Of a DNA stretch of 37,063 bases, positions 19,548-28,449 are shown piece by piece. Position numbers and translations under genes: made by a program. The notes beneath the pieces were generated by a model. It saw only the letters and a program-made list of their open reading frames with translations. It made no database searches and had not been told where the DNA came from. Position 1 is the stretch's first letter. Each line of letters starts with the position of its first letter. Origin of the DNA: Candidatus Methanosuratincola thermotaenarum (GTDB lineage: Archaea > Thermoproteota > Methanomethylicia > Methanomethylicales > Methanomethylicaceae); assembly GCA_038801655.1 (NCBI GenBank), contig JAULTB010000004.1:1-37063 (forward strand), read 5' to 3'.

Positions 19548-20546
19548 GTGAGATGTGTGGTAACCATATACAAGGACAATGACGCAGATCTTTCTGTACT
19601 AAAGGGCAAGAAAATTGCAGTTCTCGGCTATGGCAGCCAAGGAAGGCACCAGGCCCTGAACCTAAGGGACAGTGGCTTTGACGTGGTCATAGGCTTGAAG
19701 AATGGGAGCAAGTCTTGGAAAGTCGCTGAGGAAGACGGGTTCAAAGTGTACTCGGTAGCCGAGGCCTCTAGTCTCGCCGATTTCATAATAATGCTGATAC
19801 CTGACGTGAGGCAGCCTGAAGTTTACGCCTCAGAGATCGCGCCGAACCTGAAGGCTGGCAAGATCCTCGGCGTGTCTCACGGCTTCAACATCCATTTCGG
19901 CCTCGTGAAACCCCCAAAGGATATCGACGTGATAATGGTCGCACCGAAGAGCCCTGGCGTCAGGGTGAGGGAGGAGTACCTGAAGGGATACGGCGTCCCC
20001 TCGATCGTCGCTGTATACCAGGACTATTCTGGGAAGGCCTGGGCCGAGACCTTGGCGTGGGCAAAGGGAATCGGATCGACTAGACCCGGAGTGATAAAGA
20101 CCACATTCAAGGAGGAGACAGAGACCGACATCTTCGGCGAGCAGTGCGTCTTGGTCGGCGGCCTCATGGAACTCATAAAGACAGGGTTTGAGGTCCTGAC
20201 TGAGAAGGGCTACCAGCCAGAAGTTGCATATTTCGAGGTATGCAACGAGGCTAAGCTGATAATGGACCTGATCTTCCAGGGCGGGATGGAGAAGATGCTC
20301 AAGGGCGTCAGCGACACAGCCAAGTACGGTGGGCTCGTTTACGGTCCAAAGGTAATTGACGACGAGACAAAGAGGAAGATGGAATGGGTTCTCGGGAACA
20401 TCACAAGCGGCAACTTCGCAAAGGAATGGATGTCCGACCCGGCAGCAAGCATGAAGCGCCTCGATGCCCTTATGTCAGAGACGATGAACCACCCTATAGA
20501 GAAGGTTGGCAAGGAAGTCAGGCGCCTGATGGGTCAGGAGAAGTAA
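19548..20546 (+). CDS. ilvC: Ketol-acid reductoisomerase
   Basis: GYGSQG, HGFNIH, APKSPG, ETETDIFGEQ and SDTAKYG. Confidence 0.97.
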   Translation: MRCVVTIYKDNDADLSVLKGKKIAVLGYGSQGRHQALNLRDSGFDVVIGLKNGSKSWKVAEEDGFKVYSVAEASSLADFIIMLIPDVRQPEVYASEIAPNLKAGKILGVSHGFNIHFGLVKPPKDIDVIMVAPKSPGVRVREEYLKGYGVPSIVAVYQDYSGKAWAETLAWAKGIGSTRPGVIKTTFKEETETDIFGEQCVLVGGLMELIKTGFEVLTEKGYQPEVAYFEVCNEAKLIMDLIFQGGMEKMLKGVSDTAKYGGLVYGPKVIDDETKRKMEWVLGNITSGNFAKEWMSDPAASMKRLDALMSETMNHPIEKVGKEVRRLMGQEK

Positions 20547-20629
20547 GCCTCAATTGATTATAGCCATTCCTTTCTTTTTTTGGAAAAAATAATATACTCA
20601 TTTTCAGTAATTAATATCTGGTCTTGTAA

Positions 20630-21862
20630 ATGCACAAAAAATCTATTTTCATGCCTCTTATGCTGATCTTTGCTTTGGCGCTGATCTCCTTTTCCCCTGT
20701 TCGCGCTGAAAATTTGACAGTGACCATAAATGCGTCTGGGATAGGCAGCGGCGCAATAGGAACAGTAATCAATTTTATGGGCACAAATGTCGCTGCTTCG
20801 CAACTGCCGAAGCAGTTCAGCGTGGCAAACGGCACGAATGCAACTTATGCATGGCAACAATACGTTACGGTCAACTCGACTTACAGGTTTGCATTTGTCA
20901 ATGCCTCAAAAACAACAATGATTGTCAGTTGCCTGCCAGGGATACCGCCGATTTGCCTATACCTGCCGTTCACAACAAACATGACTCAGAATGGTACCGT
21001 ACTCATCACAACCAATACCTCTATGAAGGCTTACTATTCCCCTGAGGTCTACTTGCAGTACGCCGCACCCGCCGGAGGTTCAGCGAACATCACCTCAGGA
21101 TGGCACTCGCCTGGCACAGCTCTTGTGATCTCAGCCACACCCAACTCAGGGTACAACTTTGATGGATGGACCACGACTGGATCGCTCTCAGTCCAAAACT
21201 CAAGCGCATCTGTGACAACGCTTACGATCAACGGACCTGGCACCGTCACAGCAAAGTTCGTAGTCGCCCCTCCCCCGCCATCCGGGTTCCCCATGGAGTA
21301 CGTAATCTTGATTGTTGCGGTCGTTGCTGTTCTCGGGATAGCGGGCGCATTCCTGATGAGAAGGAAGCCAAAGCCGCCGCCTGCCCCTAGACCAGTAGCG
21401 CTGAGGATAATCCCTGAAAAGAAGGAGATATTTGCAGACGGGCGTTCCTCGACAGACGTCGTTGTCGAGCTGGTGGATTCAGAGGGTAAGCCTATCAACT
21501 CTGATGTCGTGAGGGAAGTTCACCTGTCCGCCTCAGACGGTACAATTCCGCAATCTGTAACCATTCCAAAAGGCGCATCATCAGCAAGGGTCCAGCTGTC
21601 ATCTTCAATTCGCGTGGGTCAGGTGAATTTGACTGCATCGTCAAAGGAACTTCAATCCGCCCAAGCGGCAGTTGCCTTCGTTGAAAAGAAGCGGTACTGC
21701 ATGGTCTGCGGACAGAGGATGCCTATCGATGCTAGGGTCTGCCCGAGCTGCGGAAGCGCTCCGCCCTCAGGCGCAGATACAAAAGTATGCCCGAACTGTG
21801 GGGCCGTCATACCTATCGTGGCAAAATTCTGCAGGGAGTGCGGAGCAAGCCAGCCTGCATGA
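20630..21862 (+). CDS. Bitopic membrane protein: signal peptide, extracellular beta domains (InlB B-repeat-like), TM, Ig-like domain, double zinc ribbon
   Basis: Signal peptide (VRA-E), many NxS/T sites, ATPNSGYNFDGW repeat motif, TM followed by RRKPK, ADGRSSTDVVVEL (invasin/Big-like), four CxxC at the C-terminus. Confidence 0.75.
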   Translation: MHKKSIFMPLMLIFALALISFSPVRAENLTVTINASGIGSGAIGTVINFMGTNVAASQLPKQFSVANGTNATYAWQQYVTVNSTYRFAFVNASKTTMIVSCLPGIPPICLYLPFTTNMTQNGTVLITTNTSMKAYYSPEVYLQYAAPAGGSANITSGWHSPGTALVISATPNSGYNFDGWTTTGSLSVQNSSASVTTLTINGPGTVTAKFVVAPPPPSGFPMEYVILIVAVVAVLGIAGAFLMRRKPKPPPAPRPVALRIIPEKKEIFADGRSSTDVVVELVDSEGKPINSDVVREVHLSASDGTIPQSVTIPKGASSARVQLSSSIRVGQVNLTASSKELQSAQAAVAFVEKKRYCMVCGQRMPIDARVCPSCGSAPPSGADTKVCPNCGAVIPIVAKFCRECGASQPA

Positions 21863-21910
21863 CCAATTCTTATATCCTTCTTTTTTTATGATATGGTATA
21901 GGGGAGTCTT

Positions 21911-22306
21911 TTGGGTTCCATTGCCGCAAAATTAGGCGATTTTGTAAATGCGACTGACGTCCACATGGTCATGATGCCTTCTCCCGGAGGCCCTGTTCCT
22001 GTTTTTGTGAGCCTACCTTTCCTTGGTCCTATTGCAGAACAGGTCAGCAAGGATGTTTTCATTGGGGGTTTGCCTGCAGCGACTGTGGGCAGTGTTGCTA
22101 TCAATACGTCGCCCCACATAGCCCCGCCTCCAGGAACCTTTGCGAAGCCTCCTTCGAACAAGGCCCAGATCGTCGATGGAAGCAAGAGCGTATTCATAAA
22201 CGGCAAACCGGCAGCCCGGGCGGGCGATCCCGCATTGACTTGCAACGATCCTGTTGATATGCCGGTCGGAACTGTTGTGGCAACGGGGAATGTATTCATA
22301 GGCTGA
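21911..22306 (+). CDS. PAAR spike-tip protein
   Basis: VFIGGLPAATVG and VFINGKPAARAGD repeats; His/His/Cys candidate Zn ligands; ends VFIG. Confidence 0.92.
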   Translation: MGSIAAKLGDFVNATDVHMVMMPSPGGPVPVFVSLPFLGPIAEQVSKDVFIGGLPAATVGSVAINTSPHIAPPPGTFAKPPSNKAQIVDGSKSVFINGKPAARAGDPALTCNDPVDMPVGTVVATGNVFIG

Positions 22307-22372
22307 CGGTTTGATTTTAAGGGCGGGCACCATCGACTAAAAAGGGGATTGGTTGAGACATATTAAAAAAGT

Positions 22373-23065
22373 TCAACCAACCTTCCCCTTGCCAATCTCT
22401 ATCCTCTCTATCACGCCAACCTCAAACTCCACTGAAATCTCCTTCTCCGCGATGCAGACGATCCTCAACCCGTCCTCCAGCCGTATCCCTTTCAACGGTC
22501 TGATTCCGATGCCTCGCCTTTCAAAGGCATCCGATTCGGCGAGCAGGACCTTGACAACTTCCTCGGCGAGGGAATCCGTCTTCTGGCTATCGCCCCCCCT
22601 GATGTCGATGAAGTACTTGGAGATGAGCTTGAGCGCCCTCCTCAGCACATCTGCCCTTGTTCTGTAAGAGATCATGGCTTTCCATACTGGCTGCCTGAAT
22701 TCGATTATCCCTGCCTTGTAGTCGACTGTATACCCTTCACCCTCTGCTATTTTTGTCCAGCCCTCCTTTCCCGCCTCCTGTTCTTTACGCTCGAGTATTT
22801 GGACCTCTAGGCTGCCCCCCTCTGGTTTGTTCTTGAGCCTCTTCCTTGCTTCGTCTCTTTTCAGTTCGAGGACTTCGCTGATCTCTACCGTCTTGGAACC
22901 CTCGCTGTCGACTGCCTGCTGAGCCCCGAACTTGAAGCCCCCGCAGGCAACCCCCACTGAGGGCGTGCCCTTGAGGCGGCCCCCTGCTCCAACCTGATCC
23001 CCCGAAACCCCTTTGAGGTTTTTGCGGAGAGTCTCAATAAGAATGCCTTCGATCTCTTGCAGCAT
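22373..23065 (-). CDS. Hypothetical CIS protein, candidate tail terminator/cap (Pvc16/DUF4255-like)
   Basis: Last gene of the operon. N-terminal helix MLQEIEGILIETLRKNL resembles terminator N-termini; internal YTVDYKAGIIEF beta insert. Confidence 0.4.
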   Translation of the reverse strand: MLQEIEGILIETLRKNLKGVSGDQVGAGGRLKGTPSVGVACGGFKFGAQQAVDSEGSKTVEISEVLELKRDEARKRLKNKPEGGSLEVQILERKEQEAGKEGWTKIAEGEGYTVDYKAGIIEFRQPVWKAMISYRTRADVLRRALKLISKYFIDIRGGDSQKTDSLAEEVVKVLLAESDAFERRGIGIRPLKGIRLEDGLRIVCIAEKEISVEFEVGVIERIEIGKGKVG

Positions 23066-23071
23066 TTCATG

Positions 23072-23758
23072 TCACTCTTGCAGAATGGCCCCGGATCGGA
23101 TCCTTGATGAATAGTGTATGACATTGCCAATCCTGGGAGCGCACTCAGGGTTAGTATTCCTGAACGTGACTGTGAGCACTTCTTTCTCAGGGGAGGGGTT
23201 CTTAGCCCTGTAACGGTACCACACATTCTCGTTTGGGGAGAGCAGATATTCGATGTAAGGGTTATCGGTCCCCTTCGGCCTTAGCTTGGACCTCTCGTGC
23301 ACGTAAAGGCCATTGACCACCGCGCTCGTGCCGTCGATGTACTCAAATGTTATCTCGAGCGTCTTCCTGTCCCCGTTCTCTGACCCTGACCAGTAGTCCA
23401 TTGACTCGAACTTTGCGGCGACTCCGAACCTGCAAATTACCCCTTCGGATCCCCTTTGAGCAACCCATTGCCTCGTGATCAGCCCGACCACTGGAGAGTC
23501 GTATGAGGTCTTCTCCCCTGGCACAACCTCGTTCAGTGCGTAGGAGGTCCCGACAGGGCTGACCATGTTGAGAAGGGTCTCTGTCTGCTCCATGCTGTCG
23601 ATGTAGTCCCTCAGCTTCTGGAGTTTTGCCTCGAGCTCTTGTATGTCCCCAAGGATCTCCTCCTGCATCCTGTTCCAGTCCTCAGACCTTATCACTTCAC
23701 CAGGCTTTCTCAGAATTGGCTTGAATTTGCCCACAAACTCACACTCCTTTTTGATCAT
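23072..23758 (-). CDS. Hypothetical CIS protein, candidate short fibre/receptor-binding protein
   Basis: Follows the wedge genes. PGEVIRSEDWN motif, then a coiled coil, then a beta-rich domain. Confidence 0.4.
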   Translation of the reverse strand: MIKKECEFVGKFKPILRKPGEVIRSEDWNRMQEEILGDIQELEAKLQKLRDYIDSMEQTETLLNMVSPVGTSYALNEVVPGEKTSYDSPVVGLITRQWVAQRGSEGVICRFGVAAKFESMDYWSGSENGDRKTLEITFEYIDGTSAVVNGLYVHERSKLRPKGTDNPYIEYLLSPNENVWYRYRAKNPSPEKEVLTVTFRNTNPECAPRIGNVIHYSSRIRSGAILQE

Positions 23759-23768
23759 TGCCCATTGG

Positions 23769-24686
23769 TTAAATCACCCTGACTCTTGATGACACACCAG
23801 CGGCCCTCATCCTCGAGACGAATCTCTCTACTTCCCCGACCCCTAGGCCGCTCCTCTCAAGTGCCCCCGATTTGATCCTCACCTCGAAGGAGGCTGGGGC
23901 ATGGCCTTCCCATTCAAACCTGATCTTCAGATACGGAATCCCCTTGGTGAACGTGTGCTCGTCGAACTTTGCAGAATCGAAAACACCAAGCAGCCCGCTC
24001 AGGGACTCGCTGTACTTCCAAACGGATCCCTCCCTGAGGAGCTTGGGGAACCCCTTGACCTCGACCCTGTCCGCCACATCCTCCCCGTTGAGCTCCGCTA
24101 TTCCCTTGGAAAGAATTAATTCCTGACCGCCAACCAGCGTTCCTTTGTAGGTTACAGTGTCGCCTGTCTTCAGGTTTGTCAGCGTCGGGTCCTTGACCTC
24201 CCCGCCCTCCTCCACCGAAACCCTTATCCTCGGATCTACATCCTCCACAGTCCTGCTGCTGATTGTCCAGGTCTCGCCTGCCATGACTTTCACCTCTTCT
24301 GAGAGTGAAAGGAGTGGGTTTTCGACGATCTCGATGTCTCCTTCCGACGAAGTTCCTATCAGGCCCATGACCGATTCGAGTATGGCCCTGACCGTGCCTC
24401 CCCCTCGGTAGTCGCTCACTGCCCTGCGGATCCTCGACCTATACTTCTCGTCGTCCTCCCCTCGCATTCTCTTTGAAACAACGGCTGCACCCAGGCGGTC
24501 CAGGTCTGGGCCTCTGGCGGAATCTACCCAGTGCGCCCTCATTATCTCAGCTACCTGGTCATCGGCGTCGTCGAGCTGGGATGCGAAGGAAGACATGAAA
24601 GCGTAGAGAAGCGATCCCTTGTCCCATCCCTTGTAGAACTTGGGGAGCCTATCGCACATCTTTTCTGCTCTACTCATACTTCTCAC
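23769..24686 (-). CDS. Baseplate wedge protein (P2 gpI / T4 gp7-like) with inserted beta domain
   Basis: RLP..Y, VDSARGPDLDRLG, GEDDEKYRSRI, GGGTVRAI and terminal RAAGV. Confidence 0.7.
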   Translation of the reverse strand: MRSMSRAEKMCDRLPKFYKGWDKGSLLYAFMSSFASQLDDADDQVAEIMRAHWVDSARGPDLDRLGAAVVSKRMRGEDDEKYRSRIRRAVSDYRGGGTVRAILESVMGLIGTSSEGDIEIVENPLLSLSEEVKVMAGETWTISSRTVEDVDPRIRVSVEEGGEVKDPTLTNLKTGDTVTYKGTLVGGQELILSKGIAELNGEDVADRVEVKGFPKLLREGSVWKYSESLSGLLGVFDSAKFDEHTFTKGIPYLKIRFEWEGHAPASFEVRIKSGALERSGLGVGEVERFVSRMRAAGVSSRVRVI

Positions 24687-26247
24687 GCACCCCGAATGTG
24701 ACGCTCACATTCCTCGGGATTGCCCTCTCGTCCGTTTCGATCCTGATGTTCTCGCCCCGACTGAGCAGGGGCTCCCCGGTCCTATAGGCTGCAAGCTTAA
24801 GGTCCCTCACGTCCCAGACCCCGTCCACCGCCAGGCACGAGGCTATTATTTTTGAATACAGGACGTCCTCGGCGATCTTCAGCGATGCTATGTAGCCCCT
24901 GACCGATGCCTCCACATCCCTTAGGATCCTTCCTGGATCCGATGGCGCCTCAATGATGACTGTCATCGATACATCGATATGCACTACCTTGGGCCTCAAG
25001 AATTCCACCTTGATGCCTGCTGCCCTGGTCTCGTCTATGACCCTCCTTATCTCTGCCTCGTCACCACCATCCACGACGACCCTGACTATGCCTGGGACCC
25101 CTCCTGGCATCTCGTCGATGAGTATGGAATTAACGCCCTTGATCGACTTCAGGGCGGAATCGAGTGATGAAGGCGTAGCCTTGGCTGCGAACTCCAGCGC
25201 ATGCCTTGCCCTCTCCCTGAGCTCTTCGTCTGTCTCTGCTTCAGATCCGTTTGAGATGTCCCCCTTGTTTATCACATATTCGACCCCGATAACCGGCTGC
25301 GGCATTATTGTTATTGCACCTGCGGGGACATTGCCCTTCTTTCCAGGCACTGTGCAGACGACCGACACGTCACACTCCCATCTCCCCCCTTCGGCAGGGT
25401 GCAATACCCCATCTTCTGTTGTCAGGAACACCTTTGCATCTTCAGGGGTCGTAGAGAATGTGGAAACCTTTGTGTTCTTTGGGACCTTTATCTGCTGGAA
25501 TGCCGTATAATCGATCTTGAAGACTGTGCGGGGGTCTGGCTTTCTGCCTCCTGGGCGCCATGCCAAACTCCTTCCGGACAAGCCGTAGTCAGATGTCGTG
25601 AAGACCGTGGCCTGCCCGCCAGAGATGCCTTCGACTTTGGTTATCTCCTTGACCAGCGCGTTCTTCAATTCGTAGCTCTCGGAGCCGTCGTAAAGATGGA
25701 CCTCTCCAGCCACCTCGATCTTCTCTGGCTCGCTTGTCCTCCCGAATGTTACCCTTCCTGAAGAAGGTCTCGGCAGCCTCCTTGTAATCCCTAGGAGCGA
25801 GACGGTCATCTCCAGCGCCTCGCCGGTTGCAGTGTCGAGGAAACCCGCCCGGTATGCGGCATCGAGCTGTTCGTAAAGGAACTCGATCTCCCTGCTTATG
25901 CCCTCGACGAGCGTCCTGAGCACGCTCCCGGTGCTGGTGTCCGTAAGCCCGCCGGGTCTGGCATACCTGTATGTCACTGCGAATGTGGTTCCTTCATCCG
26001 GTCTTGCCCCGCCTGCGATCCACTCGACTGTGTTGCCTGAGAGCCTGTAGTCCTTCGCACTGGAGAACTCTGTCTCCTTCCTCATGTATATGCCAGAGAT
26101 CTTGATGATTTTGGTGACAGGGGCATTTGCAAGACGGTAAGTCGCCCTGCTCCCTTCGTACTTGAAAGCCTCTGACGCCTCTACGCCCGTTATGCGTCCC
26201 AGGACATCTTCTGTTATCTGATCGTAGCCCTTAACCTTGAATGGCAT
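24670..26247 (-). CDS. Baseplate J / gp6-like wedge protein
   Basis: GSVLRTLVE, FLDTATGEALE, GITR, GKKGNVPAGAIT, GSEAETDEELRER and AAGI. Confidence 0.9.
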   Translation of the reverse strand: MPFKVKGYDQITEDVLGRITGVEASEAFKYEGSRATYRLANAPVTKIIKISGIYMRKETEFSSAKDYRLSGNTVEWIAGGARPDEGTTFAVTYRYARPGGLTDTSTGSVLRTLVEGISREIEFLYEQLDAAYRAGFLDTATGEALEMTVSLLGITRRLPRPSSGRVTFGRTSEPEKIEVAGEVHLYDGSESYELKNALVKEITKVEGISGGQATVFTTSDYGLSGRSLAWRPGGRKPDPRTVFKIDYTAFQQIKVPKNTKVSTFSTTPEDAKVFLTTEDGVLHPAEGGRWECDVSVVCTVPGKKGNVPAGAITIMPQPVIGVEYVINKGDISNGSEAETDEELRERARHALEFAAKATPSSLDSALKSIKGVNSILIDEMPGGVPGIVRVVVDGGDEAEIRRVIDETRAAGIKVEFLRPKVVHIDVSMTVIIEAPSDPGRILRDVEASVRGYIASLKIAEDVLYSKIIASCLAVDGVWDVRDLKLAAYRTGEPLLSRGENIRIETDERAIPRNVSVTFGVREKYE

Positions 26248-26248
26248 G

Positions 26249-26683
26249 CTATGCCACCTCCAAGTGGAACGGATACCTTATGCTCAAGATCCCCCCTCCT
26301 GATGCTGGTATGATCGTGATTTCTATCGTGACCAGCCCCGGGTCGTCCCTGTCTGGGATTGCTGTGACCGAGACCAGCTCCCGGATCCTCCTCTCCCCGG
26401 CAAGGCTCGACTCCACCGCCCTGTGGATGAGGCTCATTGACCTCTCAGTCCTGGGCTGCCCCAAGACCTCGCTTAGCCTCGAGCCATAGCCGCTGTGCCC
26501 CAGCTCCTCCATCTCCCCAACTGCTGTCGAGAGCCTGCAGATTATCGCCTGAGCCAAGTTGTCGATCCCCTCGATTGTTGCCAGGTCGCCAGACTTATCC
26601 ACTGCCAAGTCTGCACCGGTGCCGTCTATCCTTAACCTAAGATCCCTGCCCAATTTCTCATCGCTCAAAGCATCCCCTCCCAA
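26249..26683 (-). CDS. gp25/GPW-like sheath-initiator wedge protein
   Basis: GDLATIEGIDNLAQAI..RLST..GE...H..YGSRL and ERRI. Start may be TTG 26668. Confidence 0.85.
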   Translation of the reverse strand: MGGDALSDEKLGRDLRLRIDGTGADLAVDKSGDLATIEGIDNLAQAIICRLSTAVGEMEELGHSGYGSRLSEVLGQPRTERSMSLIHRAVESSLAGERRIRELVSVTAIPDRDDPGLVTIEITIIPASGGGILSIRYPFHLEVA

Positions 26684-27451
26684 TCAGTTTATGTTGACTA
26701 TGCCGCCCTTGATCTTGACCGTGGCCGTCCCCTCAACACTGGCCTGCACTCCAGCACTTAGCTCTGCGTTGTTCGAGGCAGTGTTTTTCAGGTTGTTTCC
26801 GGCTGTGACATTGACATCTTTCCCGCCGTCCACATTGACGTTATTGCCTGATGATATGCTTAGATCTTCCTCGGTGGTTATCTTAAGGTTTGACGCGGAG
26901 ATTGAAATGTCCCCCTCGGCCTCGATTGCCGTGTCGCCCTTGGACTTGACCTTGACGTCACCGTTCGCCTCAATTGTGACATCCCCGCCCCTCTGGATCG
27001 TGACCCTCGTCGCCCCCGCGGTTACCGTCACCTCCGCGTCCTTGAGGCATACTTTCATGCCTCCTGGGAGCTGGATGTAGACTCTTCTCAACTCCTTGTC
27101 TTCCTCATAGGGCACAGAATAAACCAGCTCCCCGGTCTTGCTGACGGGCGGGCGGTCTTTTTCGTTGTAAATGCGCCCTATCACTATCGGGAAGTTCAGG
27201 TCCCCCCCAACAAAGTCTATTAGCACAAGATCTCCGACGGAGGGTGGCACGACCAGCCCGTATGCAGCGGTTGCGATCTGGACCCCCCTGAGCTCCAGCT
27301 CGCTGTTCTTGAGCCTGACGTTGCACTCGTAATTATCCTTGTCCCCCTCACTTGAATGAGGGAATACGGATGTGACTATCCCCAGCTCAGGCGTCCTGAG
27401 CTTGCTTATCTCCTTCCTTGCCACGTCTTTCATAGCCTTGACTATGCTCAT
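26684..27451 (-). CDS. Baseplate spike (P2 gpV / gp5-like OB fold plus beta-helix)
   Basis: LGIVTSV, PPSVGDLVLIDFVGGD..PIVIGRIYN, then ~8-residue beta repeats ending KIKGGIVNIN. Confidence 0.9.
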   Translation of the reverse strand: MSIVKAMKDVARKEISKLRTPELGIVTSVFPHSSEGDKDNYECNVRLKNSELELRGVQIATAAYGLVVPPSVGDLVLIDFVGGDLNFPIVIGRIYNEKDRPPVSKTGELVYSVPYEEDKELRRVYIQLPGGMKVCLKDAEVTVTAGATRVTIQRGGDVTIEANGDVKVKSKGDTAIEAEGDISISASNLKITTEEDLSISSGNNVNVDGGKDVNVTAGNNLKNTASNNAELSAGVQASVEGTATVKIKGGIVNIN

Positions 27452-28413
27452 TCCAACTTCCTCCTGCAGGTAAAAGTGCTGGTGAAGCCCATTGAGGCGC
27501 TGAATCTGTGCTCAACCCTGGTGACCTCATGCGAACCCTCAATCTCACGGTCGTCAAAGCCCTCGAGTGTAATGGTGTCCCCAACCCTTATGCCCGGCTT
27601 CCCCTCTGACTTCACGTTAAGCATCACCGTGTATTTCGATGCCTCGAGCAGCGCTTCGCCTGCCTTTTCCGCACTCTCGCTGCTCTTGAGAGATGCCTCT
27701 GCTATAGCCAGCGACCTCTCCCCGCCCTTTGTGAACTTGAGCTCCTCTTTTGCAGCCCAGTGGTAGGTCTCTGCCCCCTTGGAGCTGACCGGGCTCTCCC
27801 CGAAGACCGCGACCCCATCGTATGGAGGCCCCTTCCTGATTGCCCAGACCTCCAGGAGATCCTTCCCGTAGGAGAACCTGTGCTCCTTGCCCCCTCCAGG
27901 TCTCCTGAATATGAGCTTCCCGTCCTTGTCAAAAAAGGCGTCCGCGCCGCAAAGCTGGCCAAGCCTGACAATGTGCTCGAGCAGGTTCGAGCGATCATCG
28001 ATGGCGTAGTACGGGTAATTGATCCCATTCTCGAATTCCTTCACGTCAACGCCCGCCTCTTGCGCGAGCGTAACCACGATCTCTCCTGAGGTGCGGCTCA
28101 GGAAAACCATGTTTGACCTCTTCCTGAGCAGCTTCGAACCGATCCCGTCGATCGAAATCAACACCGAATTGAGCCTCACCTCTGCCCTTGCAACATTCCC
28201 GACCATAATCTTCTCCAACGACCCGTCATAACCGAGCTTGAGCTCCGCCTCTTCCAGGGGCTTGAATCTGTACGATGATTCCTTGCTTATGACCGCAGTT
28301 ATCCCGTCCACGGGGAGCCCCATTCCGCAGCTCGACATGATGAAGCTTATGCCGTCACCTGTGCTGAACACCTTATCCCCTATCCTCAACTCGAATTCAG
28401 GGTGCTTCATCAA
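27448..28413 (-). CDS. Baseplate hub (gp27 / Mu gp44 / P2 gpD-like)
   Basis: LGYDG, TSGEIV..LA, FFDKDGKLIF, GKPGIRVGDTI and VTRVEHRFS..GFTS; lies upstream of the spike gene. Confidence 0.82.
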   Translation of the reverse strand: MMKHPEFELRIGDKVFSTGDGISFIMSSCGMGLPVDGITAVISKESSYRFKPLEEAELKLGYDGSLEKIMVGNVARAEVRLNSVLISIDGIGSKLLRKRSNMVFLSRTSGEIVVTLAQEAGVDVKEFENGINYPYYAIDDRSNLLEHIVRLGQLCGADAFFDKDGKLIFRRPGGGKEHRFSYGKDLLEVWAIRKGPPYDGVAVFGESPVSSKGAETYHWAAKEELKFTKGGERSLAIAEASLKSSESAEKAGEALLEASKYTVMLNVKSEGKPGIRVGDTITLEGFDDREIEGSHEVTRVEHRFSASMGFTSTFTCRRKLE

Positions 28414-28449
28414 ACTCCCGCCATATTTTGATTATCCTATTTGCCCTTT

